DNA of 64,000 nucleotides from Chloropicon primus. Its lineage: Eukaryota. Both the position numbers and the translations under genes were made by a program. Under the pieces are notes generated by a model. The model worked only from the letters and a program-made list of their open reading frames with translations. It did no database searches and was not told where the DNA came from. The stretch spans positions 1,674,001-1,738,000 of the forward strand of contig CP060754.1 in the NCBI GenBank assembly GCA_023205875.1. The letters are read 5' to 3'. Shown one piece after another: positions 36,501 to 42,530 of this stretch (position 1 is the stretch's first letter; each line of letters opens with the position of its first letter).

Positions 36501-37426
36501 CCAGGGAATCCTCCGTTGTTGTTGCCTCCAGGGAATCCTCCGCTGGTTGGGTCGCCACCTGGGAACCCATCATCATCCTGGTCATTCTCATTATCAAAGC
36601 AGCGTTGCATCAATCCAAAGGTCGCCTGGTTCTCTGGCTGGAACAGAACATTGAGGCAGTTCTGCCAATCACTGTCACCGTACGAGTCAAGCGACGTAAG
36701 CAAGTTTGCACAGGTTGGATTTGTGAAGAGACTAGCCGTCAGAGTGCCACAGTCCGTTGTACTTGGGTCCTGAACCCCGCAGGTCGTTCCGAAGTCCTTG
36801 AAGAAGTCTGTGATCCCCTGTGGGCAGACTCCAGATCCACCGTTGTTGCCTCCAGGGAGACCTCCGTCGTTGTTGCCTCCAGGGAATCCTCCACTGGTTG
36901 GGTCGCCACCAGGGAATCCTCCGCTGGTTGGGTCGCCACCTGGGAAACCTCCGCTGGTTGGGTCGCCACCTGGGAAACCTCCGCTGGTTGGGTCGCCACC
37001 TGGGAATTCCCCTCCTGGCAATTTAACGACGTCGCTCTCAGCAAAGCAAGTAGACACCAATTTAAAGATGTCTCTCTGAGTTGAGCCAAAGAGGTACCCG
37101 AAGTCCGATTCTCCGCCGTTTCGGTAACCGGACAGAAAATCGGTGCAGAGTCCCCAAACATTGTCGTCGTAAAATGTAAGCGAGCTCAGCAAATCCATAC
37201 AGGTTGGGTTTGCGGCTTTAGTCTGCATCGTGGCACAGTCCGTTGCACTTGGGTCCTGAACCCCGCAGGCCGTTCCGAAGTTCTTGAAGAAGTCCATGAC
37301 CCCCTGTGGGCAGTTTCCAGGTCCACCGTTGTCGCCACCTGGGAATTCCCCTCCTGGAAATTGGCCGCTTGCTCCCGCAATAAGCGAGGCAGCAAGAAGT
37401 GCTAGAAAAGCAACAGCTTTATTCAT
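21563..37426 (-). CDS. Giant (5,287 aa) intronless type-I membrane protein: signal peptide, repeated 6-Cys modules with GGFPGG linkers, Cys-rich and saposin-like segments, REJ-like region, degenerate GPS, Pro-rich stalk, single TM
   Basis: Uninterrupted ORF; signal MNKAVAFLALLAASLIAGASG; REJ-like LVLNAGRSFDPDD..FKWTC and V.PASGFAL..F; GPS-like VTCKSQAMGEYLIV; TM IAIGGAVGGFVALCALVALVMYI followed by KK. Confidence 0.9.
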   Translation of the reverse strand: MNKAVAFLALLAASLIAGASGQFPGGEFPGGDNGGPGNCPQGVMDFFKNFGTACGVQDPSATDCATMQTKAANPTCMDLLSSLTFYDDNVWGLCTDFLSGYRNGGESDFGYLFGSTQRDIFKLVSTCFAESDVVKLPGGEFPGGDPTSGGFPGGDPTSGGFPGGDPTSGGFPGGDPTSGGFPGGNNDGGLPGGNNGGSGVCPQGITDFFKDFGTTCGVQDPSTTDCGTLTASLFTNPTCANLLTSLDSYGDSDWQNCLNVLFQPENQATFGLMQRCFDNENDQDDDGFPGGDPTSGGFPGGNNNGGFPGGNNNGGFPGGNNDGGFPGGNNDGGFPGGNNDGGFPGGNNNGGFPGGNNNGGFPGGNNDGGFPGGNNGGSGACPQTITDFFKNFKSNCGVQDPSTADCGSVQSRALTNPTCGSLLTSLSSVGDDDWGNCFTLIYAPENQGIFSLLNQCFGDEDESDGFPGSGNVTDCPYAVTEFFANFKSDCGINYPSGTTCATLTNVAFSNTLCASRLESVRNVPENAWGACANVLTEPGNAEIFQLMASCFDDNDDEPDYPGSSYGCEAPEGFWELFEDMANDCDLEDALDSDNPCRELRDNVEGDRLCRRQFIEVANITERSTSFLGQHCFTDADEERRSLAQLVRRTGSVLDSCFPQGVISPCNGGSDEFDSGSCPSFLRDFFDDFEEDCGGVSNCQSLRSMVYTNPQCQSLLQSVSDIPDHVTQACGSVLSQPKSQQIIGLISQCFEDDEDSGSNDGGFPGGNNNGGFPGGNNNGGFPGGNNDGGLPGGNNGGPGVCPQGITDFFKDFGTTCGVQDPSTTDCGTLTASLFTNPTCANLLTSLDSYGDSDWQNCLNVLFQPENQATFGLMQRCFDNENDQDDDGFPGGDPTSGGFPGGDPTSGGFPGGNNDGGLPGGNNGGSGVCPQGITDFFKDFGTTCGVQDPSTTDCGTLTASLFTNPTCANLLTSLDSYGDSDWQNCLNVLFQPENQATFGLMQRCFDNENDQDDDGFPGGDPTSGGFHGGDHSGLPQGGDFPAGFGRRLQEYSRARGASAKIGQIFLREASGSNAASSLRKLLDHDGPSDDIPDYLEGLCLFGTIPLDGSSFGPEGECPVEAMRDFIGNFTSFCGITSLTNETSCDVYAESVDPNGSNAANAAACLKLWKDILEGGLDIPEVCGDFFDEELDFEIPAHAGIRNSSLFHVEIKDHVEHCSDTVWASEDGDSGSPVTYCENSNRYPCLFGKQYLEYNNVSYIPERCAKTAILNWTDSVGDTCFSHADLQSATCEEFKSLVEVNPECQTSLLGIHKLPSIDPCGSALFYTQVNGSEVHQNVWSLIDRCFSRKNMQLGGNCVYYGDNANPYEFCLYNGTVGPVEVHPIWDDQKCDRELNVTLVKTDAIIDDCGLQDFTQDGCQTLVKAGEKSVKCRDAIVGYVRAGQGQEYGQVKIGYCGQVASSFDGRRNHTQLASHLWQCFYAQNRTSGLDMYGPCKDVNLDGEYCLMNKFAMRNYTEEETARLLCRSSKDVNTCESAENCFLRKSEWTNSSPKWPLGQNHQFTVDAWNATFECELDHEYGICPNDNHHGDGYPHDMYPGGGMGDGSYSDMYPDMGSDMYPDMGPDTENNTDCPVNELVQFASDFEIACQVDDVEKETCESIEIKAEMNYQCALLLSSIPELSKAEIESCSKEVGSLLEDASSDVAASLNDLSILISEYQALASCNPSDSEDEHSDSEDDEGTKEPVRCCEYEDDTCNSYSECNYRYNCAPRFSDYEMYDQHNTSMCEHGGFKTEAECNANVNCLAYRYSYYNETTNNMEEGFSCSFRYCYDGGVDCEKLTDANGDRRCRMRGKCERDHSNQQDHYNECYVPSSKKGWELVAECGKKSNCQVSSECRLKKDFNNGLYDRFNYDCSMGYHDEEACRSVKIDGKEACEMVESCQIDWENYCDQYDPCCQKDTKEECDSSDQCNFHQECLQNEHIDCHHTDKDSCNSSEHCEWMTHDDPHAHAGGELMEVCKTIGKASTMDLDYVTSVAGICKRAHMCPPSSTPEQKQTCMRSNSIVLDDAKTCSSAKKVLTQLLSGVKTACNETWTKTDLEEAAVQGCDRYNSDFEELSEECKTAIADLDDKLPRGNCLADVIIDSSTELQDLALVQMGLVCAGDELEDYFTEPEEDEDASPVAACGIVQGTPEHNRFRNLFKDMGTACFQNISASPECGDLEWEIEDKPQCRLAFGDLMINVYLKGEECYGDLSEVSKVAGRLFQYIDECYPDGEPFLECPEPAADSICAFGVPELLVHDPNAAFPGGNNNGGFPGGNNNGGFPGGNNNGGFPGGNNNGGFPGGNNGGFPGGSDVCPQGVTDFFKNFKSDCGVQDPSTADCSSFTAAVFSPENPACGNRLQTLANLDDNAWTSCASVLFQPENQNVFQLVTSCFNQDGTPSDGNNGGFPGGNNGGSGVCPQGVTDFFRNFKTDCGIQNPSTTDCSTLEASVIGNTVCATSLQETLSEDLDFTACASVLFTPGNQEIFNLVSKCFSGGDDGGFPGGNNNGGFPGGNNDGGFPGGNNDGGFPGGNNNGGFPGGNNDGGFPGGNNGGSGACPQTITDFFKNFKSNCGVQDPSTADCGSVQSRALTNPTCGSLLTSVSSVGDDDWENCFTLIYAPENQEIFSLLNQCFGDEDESDGFPGSGNNDGGFPGGNNDGGFPGGNNDGGLPGGNNGGPGNCPQGVMDFFKNFGTACGVQDPSATDCATMQTKAANPTCMDLLSSLTFYDDNVWGLCTDFLSGYRNGGESDFGYLFGSTQRDIFKLVSTCFAESDVVKLPGGEFPGGDPTSGGFPGGDPTSGGFPGGDVPQGSDLPPSFVGRRLLEYVNFASGKAELVVLGRNARNARALMQLSAIPGQAFNSSEFRQPQSNNGTVEEAGCQRYVSEFQYVGSSCFEDNRCGLDVEEIDVEQCLRKITSLQTMPQACVEKAKKDKANVGMRANAREVFECLDNFDSYAFSKATESFEICDRCDECYQGVLRTLISAAIQGYNQTTALNYYEICKDSLSDIESEDRAENSYCGLKQDCHDLTEDKYGCQSLSYCSYYERCNVHYGPKEDAKDEVAQRFDAGGDEFDLSPKQDLVCDAIKDRLVDKLTVGEKPCPCPFGVCDCSSVITAAEADVCQEDDEACELIAGFRTRYGDMAQEGYTMGAEVTVSECRHYMLDRLNGESRCQELEADIVANPEILSQDVEEACRDSGDEAHACEYVIETFQGLTRSGRAEFGPKTFTKICEAYLLNDVEQLRDWESLRCDESSQCCPEGFTRADEGCGKIPGCKSGFDCYLKGEMLDCSEYDYDAFGCSLLRECAFQEDTGTCYLKQDPCLAGRKSRRACNRITNEGGDSICSVRETCNKAEAACDPRDRCCLEGKSNTEENCALKDGCFFDSKCKIKEDPCAPLSGAVCASSLDCEWVGASYQDGFCISPNDPCEDIDVETCGSDPDIMSFCRVEKSCQEQTCPKGDVCCPIKNPDKCTFDKGCGWESSCELFIDECSHISEEAPCNANPSCRFVTDLELFLGGGDDEGRDGGLPEEYQPYQGLLEGASKNCTCKESWIEPATGVLSYGCTLLHPSLAICQTDGACGTTIDWKGLNSTSYDSCAVPECKPMFDAWAGVEATCAALNSSNVIVDMVNNAADPFSCAGNLTAFLDIVEISDAFVDSCPQAIQHYVSDLTILSSIDTWQRAREGDNEEEDGPSRRSLQSSSPLRQLLQLGGSIGGQSGLSGTCKSVEDYEQICNDASDDLFACHYIENAGGRRICKISDSCQNVCQDCDVCRNKFKEADFSSVAKYDLPRFVFDMCKDMWLSKGEGKDVAYEKCREAYETVQWSREVAYRPNVLCPVMDLCRHECMSDDTTDMCLQYYTPTKENEVKAPDHLDWYWTHGVEYNATQAVGEVCFFDEQCTGGNSCGMGDSDGENEWDYCPTTCKCYKNNGYDECSSCMGKCVDYCDNAYIKEDLAYYNQRICDLPDRNTSFPASGGCDASLDQVCKEGPEDLMFYQCASSAAGTVGISAKSIGKGMCMADSAVMKEAKFTDTGTTVVITMNTESQTDELGEYMYESCASLFANAEDTVGTLFGEGCYVEHQTGLQVFEVYLGWGATMTPGDTIAFLPEATEGVQNMVNNLYSSTGFNTTAAVKVLAAVDPYLPLVDVIGPTEVGADCNGDVMDVEVIAFPADIFSRGMALTWKIETLDGSPVDASLVELVENHSAVASHNDAGCLFTKECVGFIGTPFQYDEFMTIPGSLLESGKKYNISAVATNFMGSVSAHHVLSRLSDPVPVIKVTGGSTKRFRVSRGVKVAVQVDKDTVCDSIAYQWSFDDPAKTFKGFNATRKDLRVPARAPGMVGGATYGMTLTATAKTGAKASVKVKLQTLQSPLVAVLVGPNGDFQNDKALVLNAGRSFDPDDPSDSEGAKVFKWTCKRSDSKPCFSGKNKAAVNGTHYTVEPTVSGGTGRMLEGGVTYTFGVTVAKGTRSKARSLTVNVVEASVDRPTGKVGFVHDGVVCPDPSCPLKLNPGKRLVLEATQTTSFKDVTYSWAMQSGGVTTTLPDVTRKVVVPATKLVSGQTQTFTVTFQRAVAGVVSKSVARVAVPINARPSCTISTGTGCISVTPASGFALGQTKFTLEGKGFKDDETLEYHMGVVRNGKKVRLEKSPVAKRVFSSLKAPSQELYICAVDPYESQVCQTFQVEVKTKEIKLDTALTTSLENELESAKQSGDISTTLEAASKMAATYEAGLTTVTAEEAEKVKAEAAKKNEDLAALAKDALSVTSTEDVAEAKEQRGAVTDLVKEITKSKETATANTVSTAVDTLLASTQMGDIDEDLAQNTMDALSQALQLSFEVDLGGGSTTPTPAPTTPTPAPTTPSPDTPTTPSPDTPTTPSPDTPTTPAPTTPAPAPPPLATVTAQEAQAAAKLKEKTETTIATVTESLVSDFVIGLDKPKVLSTPAFDIIGSKDDDNTLGGKVLGGAAALGGTARRNLLQETETTSDDPAFKVQFSDDFGDKCASSSKCPNPITNKVNYQKDPTLLVKSLGGISSISLEPGAANVEVISGVADISQNRIGVVTNGADVNITFPTTTKDPTKKRTCMFVDPISGDLVGYTSEVKKGWTTCPRGYSEPCTEIVEETDSEVTCKSQAMGEYLIVQYSPPAYPPPPPPSPPPPVFNFQEPAPEKENPPPPPPPPPSTVVEILSGASGGDDTMIAIGGAVGGFVALCALVALVMYIKKINKQKKMIKDTKQVDVGEPVTAYGGAPPTAYPPTN
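28904..37331 (-). repeat. Near-identical long intragenic duplications
   Basis: Module A: 36935-37331 matches 28904-29300. Module B: about 36533-36931 matches about 34734-35075 and 34353-34733 (381-bp tandem period). Module C: about 36014-36400 matches about 29381-29767. Confidence 0.9.
36300..36541 (-). repeat. 27-bp coding tandem array encoding GGFPGGNN(N/D), about 9 copies; further arrays at about 35043-35158, 30405-30533, 29667-29827 and 29295-29385
   Basis: Unit gttgcctccagggaatcctccgt(c/t)gtt is repeated; a related 30-bp GGFPGGDPTS unit occurs at about 36885-37005 and 28905-28975. Confidence 0.95.
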
Positions 37427-37930
37427 GGTATCCGCGCCGCTATCTCCTTGCGTAGATAAGCTGAAGAAGAAGTGTCGTATTCTTTGTCAGAAAAGTTCCA
37501 AGATAAACGATGAAAAGTGGTGCTCAAAGTACATAGTCCAACACTGACTCAATGCAAGACCAAAGTCTCGTGGCTTGGAAGCGCCTTCTCACCTCGAGGA
37601 AGACCTTTACCCGCTGAGCGCTTCCTCTACGTCAGCAAAGATCACGCCTTGGTGTCCTCGTCTCGTCAAGACGCCAAGGCCCCTTTGTTGGAAAAGAAGC
37701 GAACCCTGTCGTGTTCCAGACAGAACCTCCTTCTTCCCCTCTCTTCCCCTCTTGTGCGCTTGTCTCGCCAAAGACAAACCCACAATAAGCGAAGTCCAAA
37801 GCAAGCGCCCCGCCGCTCCTCCTCTGCGCGCTTGGCTTGGCTTTGGGGAAAAAAAAGAGCGCGCGTCTCTTCCCCTGGCAAGACGAAGAAAGACAAAGGA
37901 ATAAAAAAAAGGTCGCAAAGCCCTGATCCC

Positions 37931-37978
37931 TCCTTGGGGACGGGGTTCCTTCCTTGGGGACGGGGTTCCTTCCTTGGG
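37931..37978. repeat. 20-bp tandem repeat (tccttggggacggggttcct x about 2.4) in a divergent promoter region
   Basis: Directly visible in the sequence. Confidence 0.9.
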
Positions 37979-38226
37979 TTCCCCAACTCCCAAGGACCTT
38001 TGCCCTAACAAAAGGCCAAGACGAACCACAAGACAGGAGACAAAGAAGATTGCCCTAACCTAACCTAACCTAACCTAGAAAGAAAGAAAGAAAGATACTC
38101 TCTCTTGCAATGCCAGCACGTGGCCTTGCTCCACGATCCAGGCTGTGGATGGAAAACTTCACTCCATTGCTCTCCAACGCTCTCCGCCTAGGCTTCGCTC
38201 TCACTCACTCTCAATCGAGACTGACG

Positions 38227-39678
38227 ATGGCGACGGCACGGTGCTGCTGGGCGAGGGAGCGCACGAGTCACAATGTGGCGAACACCTCCACTTCCGACGA
38301 AGGGTGCCGGACTCGGGGGTTCGGACGAAAGGGAACGAAGGATCGGACCAGGAGGAGCCAGAGAGGAGGAGGAGGGTGCTCCCTCGGAGTGGTGAGGAGT
38401 GGTGGTGGTGGTGGTGGTGGGTGGGGGAGGCCTCCTTCGGGGGCGTGCGCCCTGGGAGGGGAGGGGGCGGAGGCTGGAGGTGACGGCGGTCCGGGGTTCC
38501 GGCTGTGGCTGAAGCGCATCGGGATCGCGGGTGCCATCTTTGCCTGGGTGCCAGCCTCGATGAGGGCGGAGGGCAACAGCATTGGGGTCTTGGGCGACGG
38601 GGAGGGCGAGGAGGGGGACCTGGGGACGGACGACATGTTCAGAATGAAGAGACTTCTGAGGAACACGCTGAGGGACGTCGTGAGGCTGCACGAGAGGCTG
38701 GATGATCTGAAGGAGAAGGAGGGAAGCAGCAGCTTTAGCCCTGCTGGGGGGCCGGATGGCATCGGAGGGGGTTCCCAGGTCCGGGCGTCGGTGAGAGGAA
38801 GCTTCATCATCGACGAGGACGGGGGGGAGGGGCTGGACGGCCCAGAGAGGGAGAATCGTCTTCGCCAAGTCGGCATTGGGAACGAGAGCGCGCTCGCGGT
38901 GACGGTGACCTCGACCCCGCAGCCCGGGAACACCTTGAGGGTGGAGCTCGCGACGGAGAACCCGGCCCAAGGGTCCAAGCTCGAGCTGCGGAAGGTTCAC
39001 CTGGAGTCTTCGATAAGCAAGTCGGCAGTCGTGAAGTGCTCGCCTCTCGGAGGAAGCGCGAGCGACTTGCTCATGGTCTTGCACCCCTTGCTCGGTTCCG
39101 GTCTGTCGAGCGTGACCCGAAGTGGGAGCACCTTCCTGAACAGCTGCAGGGGGATCCTGTTGTCCGGATCTTGGACCTCCAACAGCCTAGGGGCCTCCGT
39201 CCTCCACTCTTTTCATTCTTTCACCGAGTCGAAAGCGGTGGCGAACCGGCCCACTCACACCATTGGCCAAGTCCTCGTGAAAGTGCTTGACAACCTCGTG
39301 GTTTGCGCTTCCACAAAACTGAGTTCAACGTATCAGCGGTTAGACGTAGAGATGGGAAGCGCACAGAAAAGCTTGGGCTACACGCACGAGGTGTCCCACT
39401 CCCTGACGGCGGCGGCTACGCTGAGTTCGAGCGTTCTGCTGTCGGGCTGGGCCACCATGTCGCACCAGAAGACCCTGGACGAGTGGTGGGTCGGCGCGAC
39501 CAACCTCGCGGGCCAACGCAACGGCTGGGGGGTCAGCATCTCCTCCCCCCGGCAGTCCGGGGCTGTGCAAGTGGAGGCCTTCGTGAAGCACGCGCTTGGA
39601 GGGGTTGAGCTCTCGCCCGGGTTGGTGTACCTGCCGGCAAGCAACAGGAAAATACTGATGCTAAACGCGCAGGTATAG
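38227..39678 (+). CDS. Uncharacterised protein, possibly an organellar outer-membrane beta-barrel (porin-like)
   Basis: Long ORF; Arg/Gly/Ser-rich N-terminus; coiled coil MKRLLRNTLRDVVRLHERLDDLKE; amphipathic beta-strand C-terminus WGVSISS..VQVEAFVKH..VELSPGLVYL..ILMLNAQV. The start could be 38110. Confidence 0.6.
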   Translation: MATARCCWARERTSHNVANTSTSDEGCRTRGFGRKGTKDRTRRSQRGGGGCSLGVVRSGGGGGGGWGRPPSGACALGGEGAEAGGDGGPGFRLWLKRIGIAGAIFAWVPASMRAEGNSIGVLGDGEGEEGDLGTDDMFRMKRLLRNTLRDVVRLHERLDDLKEKEGSSSFSPAGGPDGIGGGSQVRASVRGSFIIDEDGGEGLDGPERENRLRQVGIGNESALAVTVTSTPQPGNTLRVELATENPAQGSKLELRKVHLESSISKSAVVKCSPLGGSASDLLMVLHPLLGSGLSSVTRSGSTFLNSCRGILLSGSWTSNSLGASVLHSFHSFTESKAVANRPTHTIGQVLVKVLDNLVVCASTKLSSTYQRLDVEMGSAQKSLGYTHEVSHSLTAAATLSSSVLLSGWATMSHQKTLDEWWVGATNLAGQRNGWGVSISSPRQSGAVQVEAFVKHALGGVELSPGLVYLPASNRKILMLNAQV

Positions 39679-39735
39679 GTTGAAATACACAAACAATAAT
39701 AATGCAATACAATTAGCGCGCGCGAGTCAGCCAAG

Positions 39736-40683
39736 TCAGTCCCTCCCCCGCTTAATTAGCTCCAGAGCTCTCTTGTAAGGCGGCGCAATGGGCGGCTGCA
39801 CCGGGGCGAGGGAGGCCTCGCTCTGCCCGCCGAGCACGACCGCGTCGGGGTCCCACCCTTGCAGATCCCCGCACGCCACGAACGGGACAATGACCTTGGG
39901 CTTGGTGGCGTCCGACCAGGAGTCCAAGTCCTTGGACGTGATCTCGCCCTCCAACACCCTTCTCAGCATCTCTGGCTCAAACCCAGCGGGGGGGGAGTAC
40001 TTCTGGCACACAACGAAGGCCTCGATCGAGGCGTTCCTGCTCGATCTGGGCTTGGACACGGTGACCAGGGGGAAGAACATCTTGAGCTGACTGTAAAGCA
40101 GCTGGACGTTCTTGCCCCTGAACACCTTTGCAATAAAAGTGCCACCCTCTTTGAGAACGTGAGTCACAATCGTCAGCGCGGCGAGTATGAGTTGGGACTG
40201 CACGAACTCGTCCAGGTCGTGGAGCCCAGTGACGTCTGGCGCACCATCGCTCACTACGAGATCGGCCTTCTCCCCCTCGAAGTGCCGAATGACCTCGGTG
40301 GCCGTCTCGGTCGAGGTTATGTCCCCCTGGATCTGCACCACTCCCTCCACGGGCGCCATGGGCTGCAAGTCCACCGCCACGATCACCGGCTCCTTCTCCT
40401 CGTCCCCTACCGGGCCCTTGGCTTCCGACCCTGCCCCCCTCACCTTGCATCCGTCCCCAACACCTCCCCCATCCCTCTTGTTGTGCGCGAGGAAGAGTCT
40501 CCTGCTGAGGACCTGCGACCAGGACCCCGGCGCCGCACACAGGTCCACCGCCCGCTTCACTCCCTTGAATATGTCAAAGTCCTCGTCGATCTGGAGCAAC
40601 TTGAATGCGGACCGAGCCCTCCATCCCTCCTCCTTCGCCTTCCTGTAATAGATGTCCCTCTTGTCCTTCGACTTCCGTCCCAT
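39736..40683 (-). CDS. TRM7: tRNA (cytidine32/guanosine34-2'-O)-methyltransferase
   Basis: [70 protein letters not shown]. Confidence 0.96.
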   Translation of the reverse strand: MGRKSKDKRDIYYRKAKEEGWRARSAFKLLQIDEDFDIFKGVKRAVDLCAAPGSWSQVLSRRLFLAHNKRDGGGVGDGCKVRGAGSEAKGPVGDEEKEPVIVAVDLQPMAPVEGVVQIQGDITSTETATEVIRHFEGEKADLVVSDGAPDVTGLHDLDEFVQSQLILAALTIVTHVLKEGGTFIAKVFRGKNVQLLYSQLKMFFPLVTVSKPRSSRNASIEAFVVCQKYSPPAGFEPEMLRRVLEGEITSKDLDSWSDATKPKVIVPFVACGDLQGWDPDAVVLGGQSEASLAPVQPPIAPPYKRALELIKRGRD

Positions 40684-40963
40684 CCTCTCACTCTTTCCCT
40701 CAACCCGCGCGCCTTGCCTTCTCCTCTGCTGTCGATCGATCCACAAAAGAGGAGGACACGAGGCAGAGAACGAGGACGAAGACGAGGAGGAGGGAGGCAC
40801 TCAAAGGGACAAGCGTTGCGTCGACTCAGAGGAGTCTCGCTCTCGCTCTCGGTCGAACACGAACGACGACGACGGGGAAGGTGGGAGGACGCGGAAAGAG
40901 ACAGACCTACCTCCTGACCTGATGAGAGAGAGAGGGAGAGGGAGAGAGAGAGGGAGAGGTGGG

Positions 40964-42443
40964 ATGGGGAGGACGACGAGGAGGGCAACCTGGACGGGTG
41001 GGGTGGTCATGGCCGTGGCCTTGATGATGGCGCTGGCGTGCCTGGCGAGGGCAGACGATGGGCCTGGTGGGGAAGGGAGTGGTGGAGATGACCACGCGAA
41101 GAGGAAGCCACACTTTGTGTTCGACTCGAGCATCGTGCTCATCTTCACTGTCGCGACGGGGACTCTCGTGCTCGCAGGATTGTCTGCGCGCCTGCAAGCA
41201 AGGTGAGCCCCTCCTACAGCATTTGCTTTTCAATTTGTCGGCTGGGCGGGGAACTCAACTCTCGAGGTCGCGTCCTCTTAGGAGGAGGACGCGAAAATAA
41301 TCCCGCGCCCACGCGCCCTCGTCCAGATGACTTTGCTTTCGCCTGCTTTGCCTGCTGGAAGCCCCGGCGGTTTGCTGACAACCTCCCCTGCTCCCTCTTG
41401 TTTCACTTTCGTGTTTCCCCTTCAGGAAGGAGATGGCCAGGCTGAGGCAGAAGCTGACCAGTGGTCTGGGGGAAGGCGGTGGAGCGCCAGCCGAGGAGGA
41501 GGAGCCCACCCTGGTTTTGAGCGAGAAGATGGCCGTCTTCATCGTCATCCAGGCGACTTGCGGTCTCCTGATCATGTACTTCCTTCTCAGCAACATCTTC
41601 TTCAAGATAATCCTCGTCTTCTATGCCCTGATCTCCACGCAGGCCATCTGGGTCCAGGCCACATTCCTGTTCGAGTACCTGAGCACAAAGCGTAGAATGC
41701 CATGGATGGAGAGGAGCATCAACTTGCCGCTGCTCGGAAGCTGCCAGGTCTACCAGCTCGCCTGCCTCGTTCTCGGGCTCGCGGTGAGCGTGACGTGGGC
41801 CGTCGTGAGGACCCGGGCCAACTGGGCTTGGGTGCTGCAAGACGTGTCTGGGATCTGCATCATTCTCACCATTCTGGCTTTTCTCAAGCTGCCCAACTTG
41901 AAGATAGCGTGCATATTGCTGCCGCTGATCATGATGTACGACGTCTTCTTCGTTTACATCCAGCCCCTTATCTTCCACAACGAGTCGGTCATGAAGAAAG
42001 TGGCGACCGGTGGATCGACGCACGAGATCCTCCCCATGGCCTTGATCCTTCCGAACCTGGGAACGCCTGGGGCCTACTCCATGCTGGGGTACGGGGACAT
42101 CGCTTTGCCTGGCCTGCTCCTGGTGTACGCGGCCAGCTTCGACGAGGTGCACAGGCTGGGGGGGGCCCTGAAGTCCTACTTTTGGATGGAGCTGGCGGGT
42201 TACGTGCTTGGGCTCCTGTGTACTTACGGCGCGCTTGCCCTGGACATCGGGGGGCAGCAAGGTCAACCGGCGCTTTTGTATCTCGTCCCAACGACTCTGG
42301 TCCCGATCCTGGTCGCCAGCCACGTCAGGGGGCACCTTGGGGACATGTTTTACTCCAACTTGGCCTTCTTGGACGACGCCCAGGGCGGCGTCTCGGGTCA
42401 CGGGGGCGGCGCGGAAGACAGGGAGCTCCTCCTGGCAGACTGA
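40964..42443 (+). CDS. Signal peptide peptidase-like GxGD intramembrane protease; intron 41203-41425
   Basis: YD (MMYDVFFV), LGYGDIALPG, GQPALLYLVP; multiple TM segments; the GTGAGC..CAG intron restores the frame. Confidence 0.92.
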
Positions 42444-42471
42444 TGCAAGAAGAGCGAGAAGAGAAACAAAT

Positions 42472-42484
42472 TGTAAAACTGTAA
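42472..42484 (+). promoter_or_regulatory. TGTAA chlorophyte-type polyadenylation signals (tandem here; also at 6491, 15758, 21392, 47964, 55143)
   Basis: TGTAA occurs shortly after the stop codon of several plus-strand genes. Confidence 0.65.
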
Positions 42485-42530
42485 AAATACACTACAAAAC
42501 GATTCTAATTCTTATCCTTTCACTGGGTTA

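Noticed and set aside
29295..36541. 27-bp repeat arrays as CRISPR arrays
   Set aside because: They are head-to-tail, in-frame coding repeats with no unique spacers, in a eukaryotic gene with no cas genes nearby.
38053..38077. (CCTAA)n as an interstitial telomere
   Set aside because: Only about 5 units, adjacent to an (AGAA)n tract, in a genome rich in short simple repeats.
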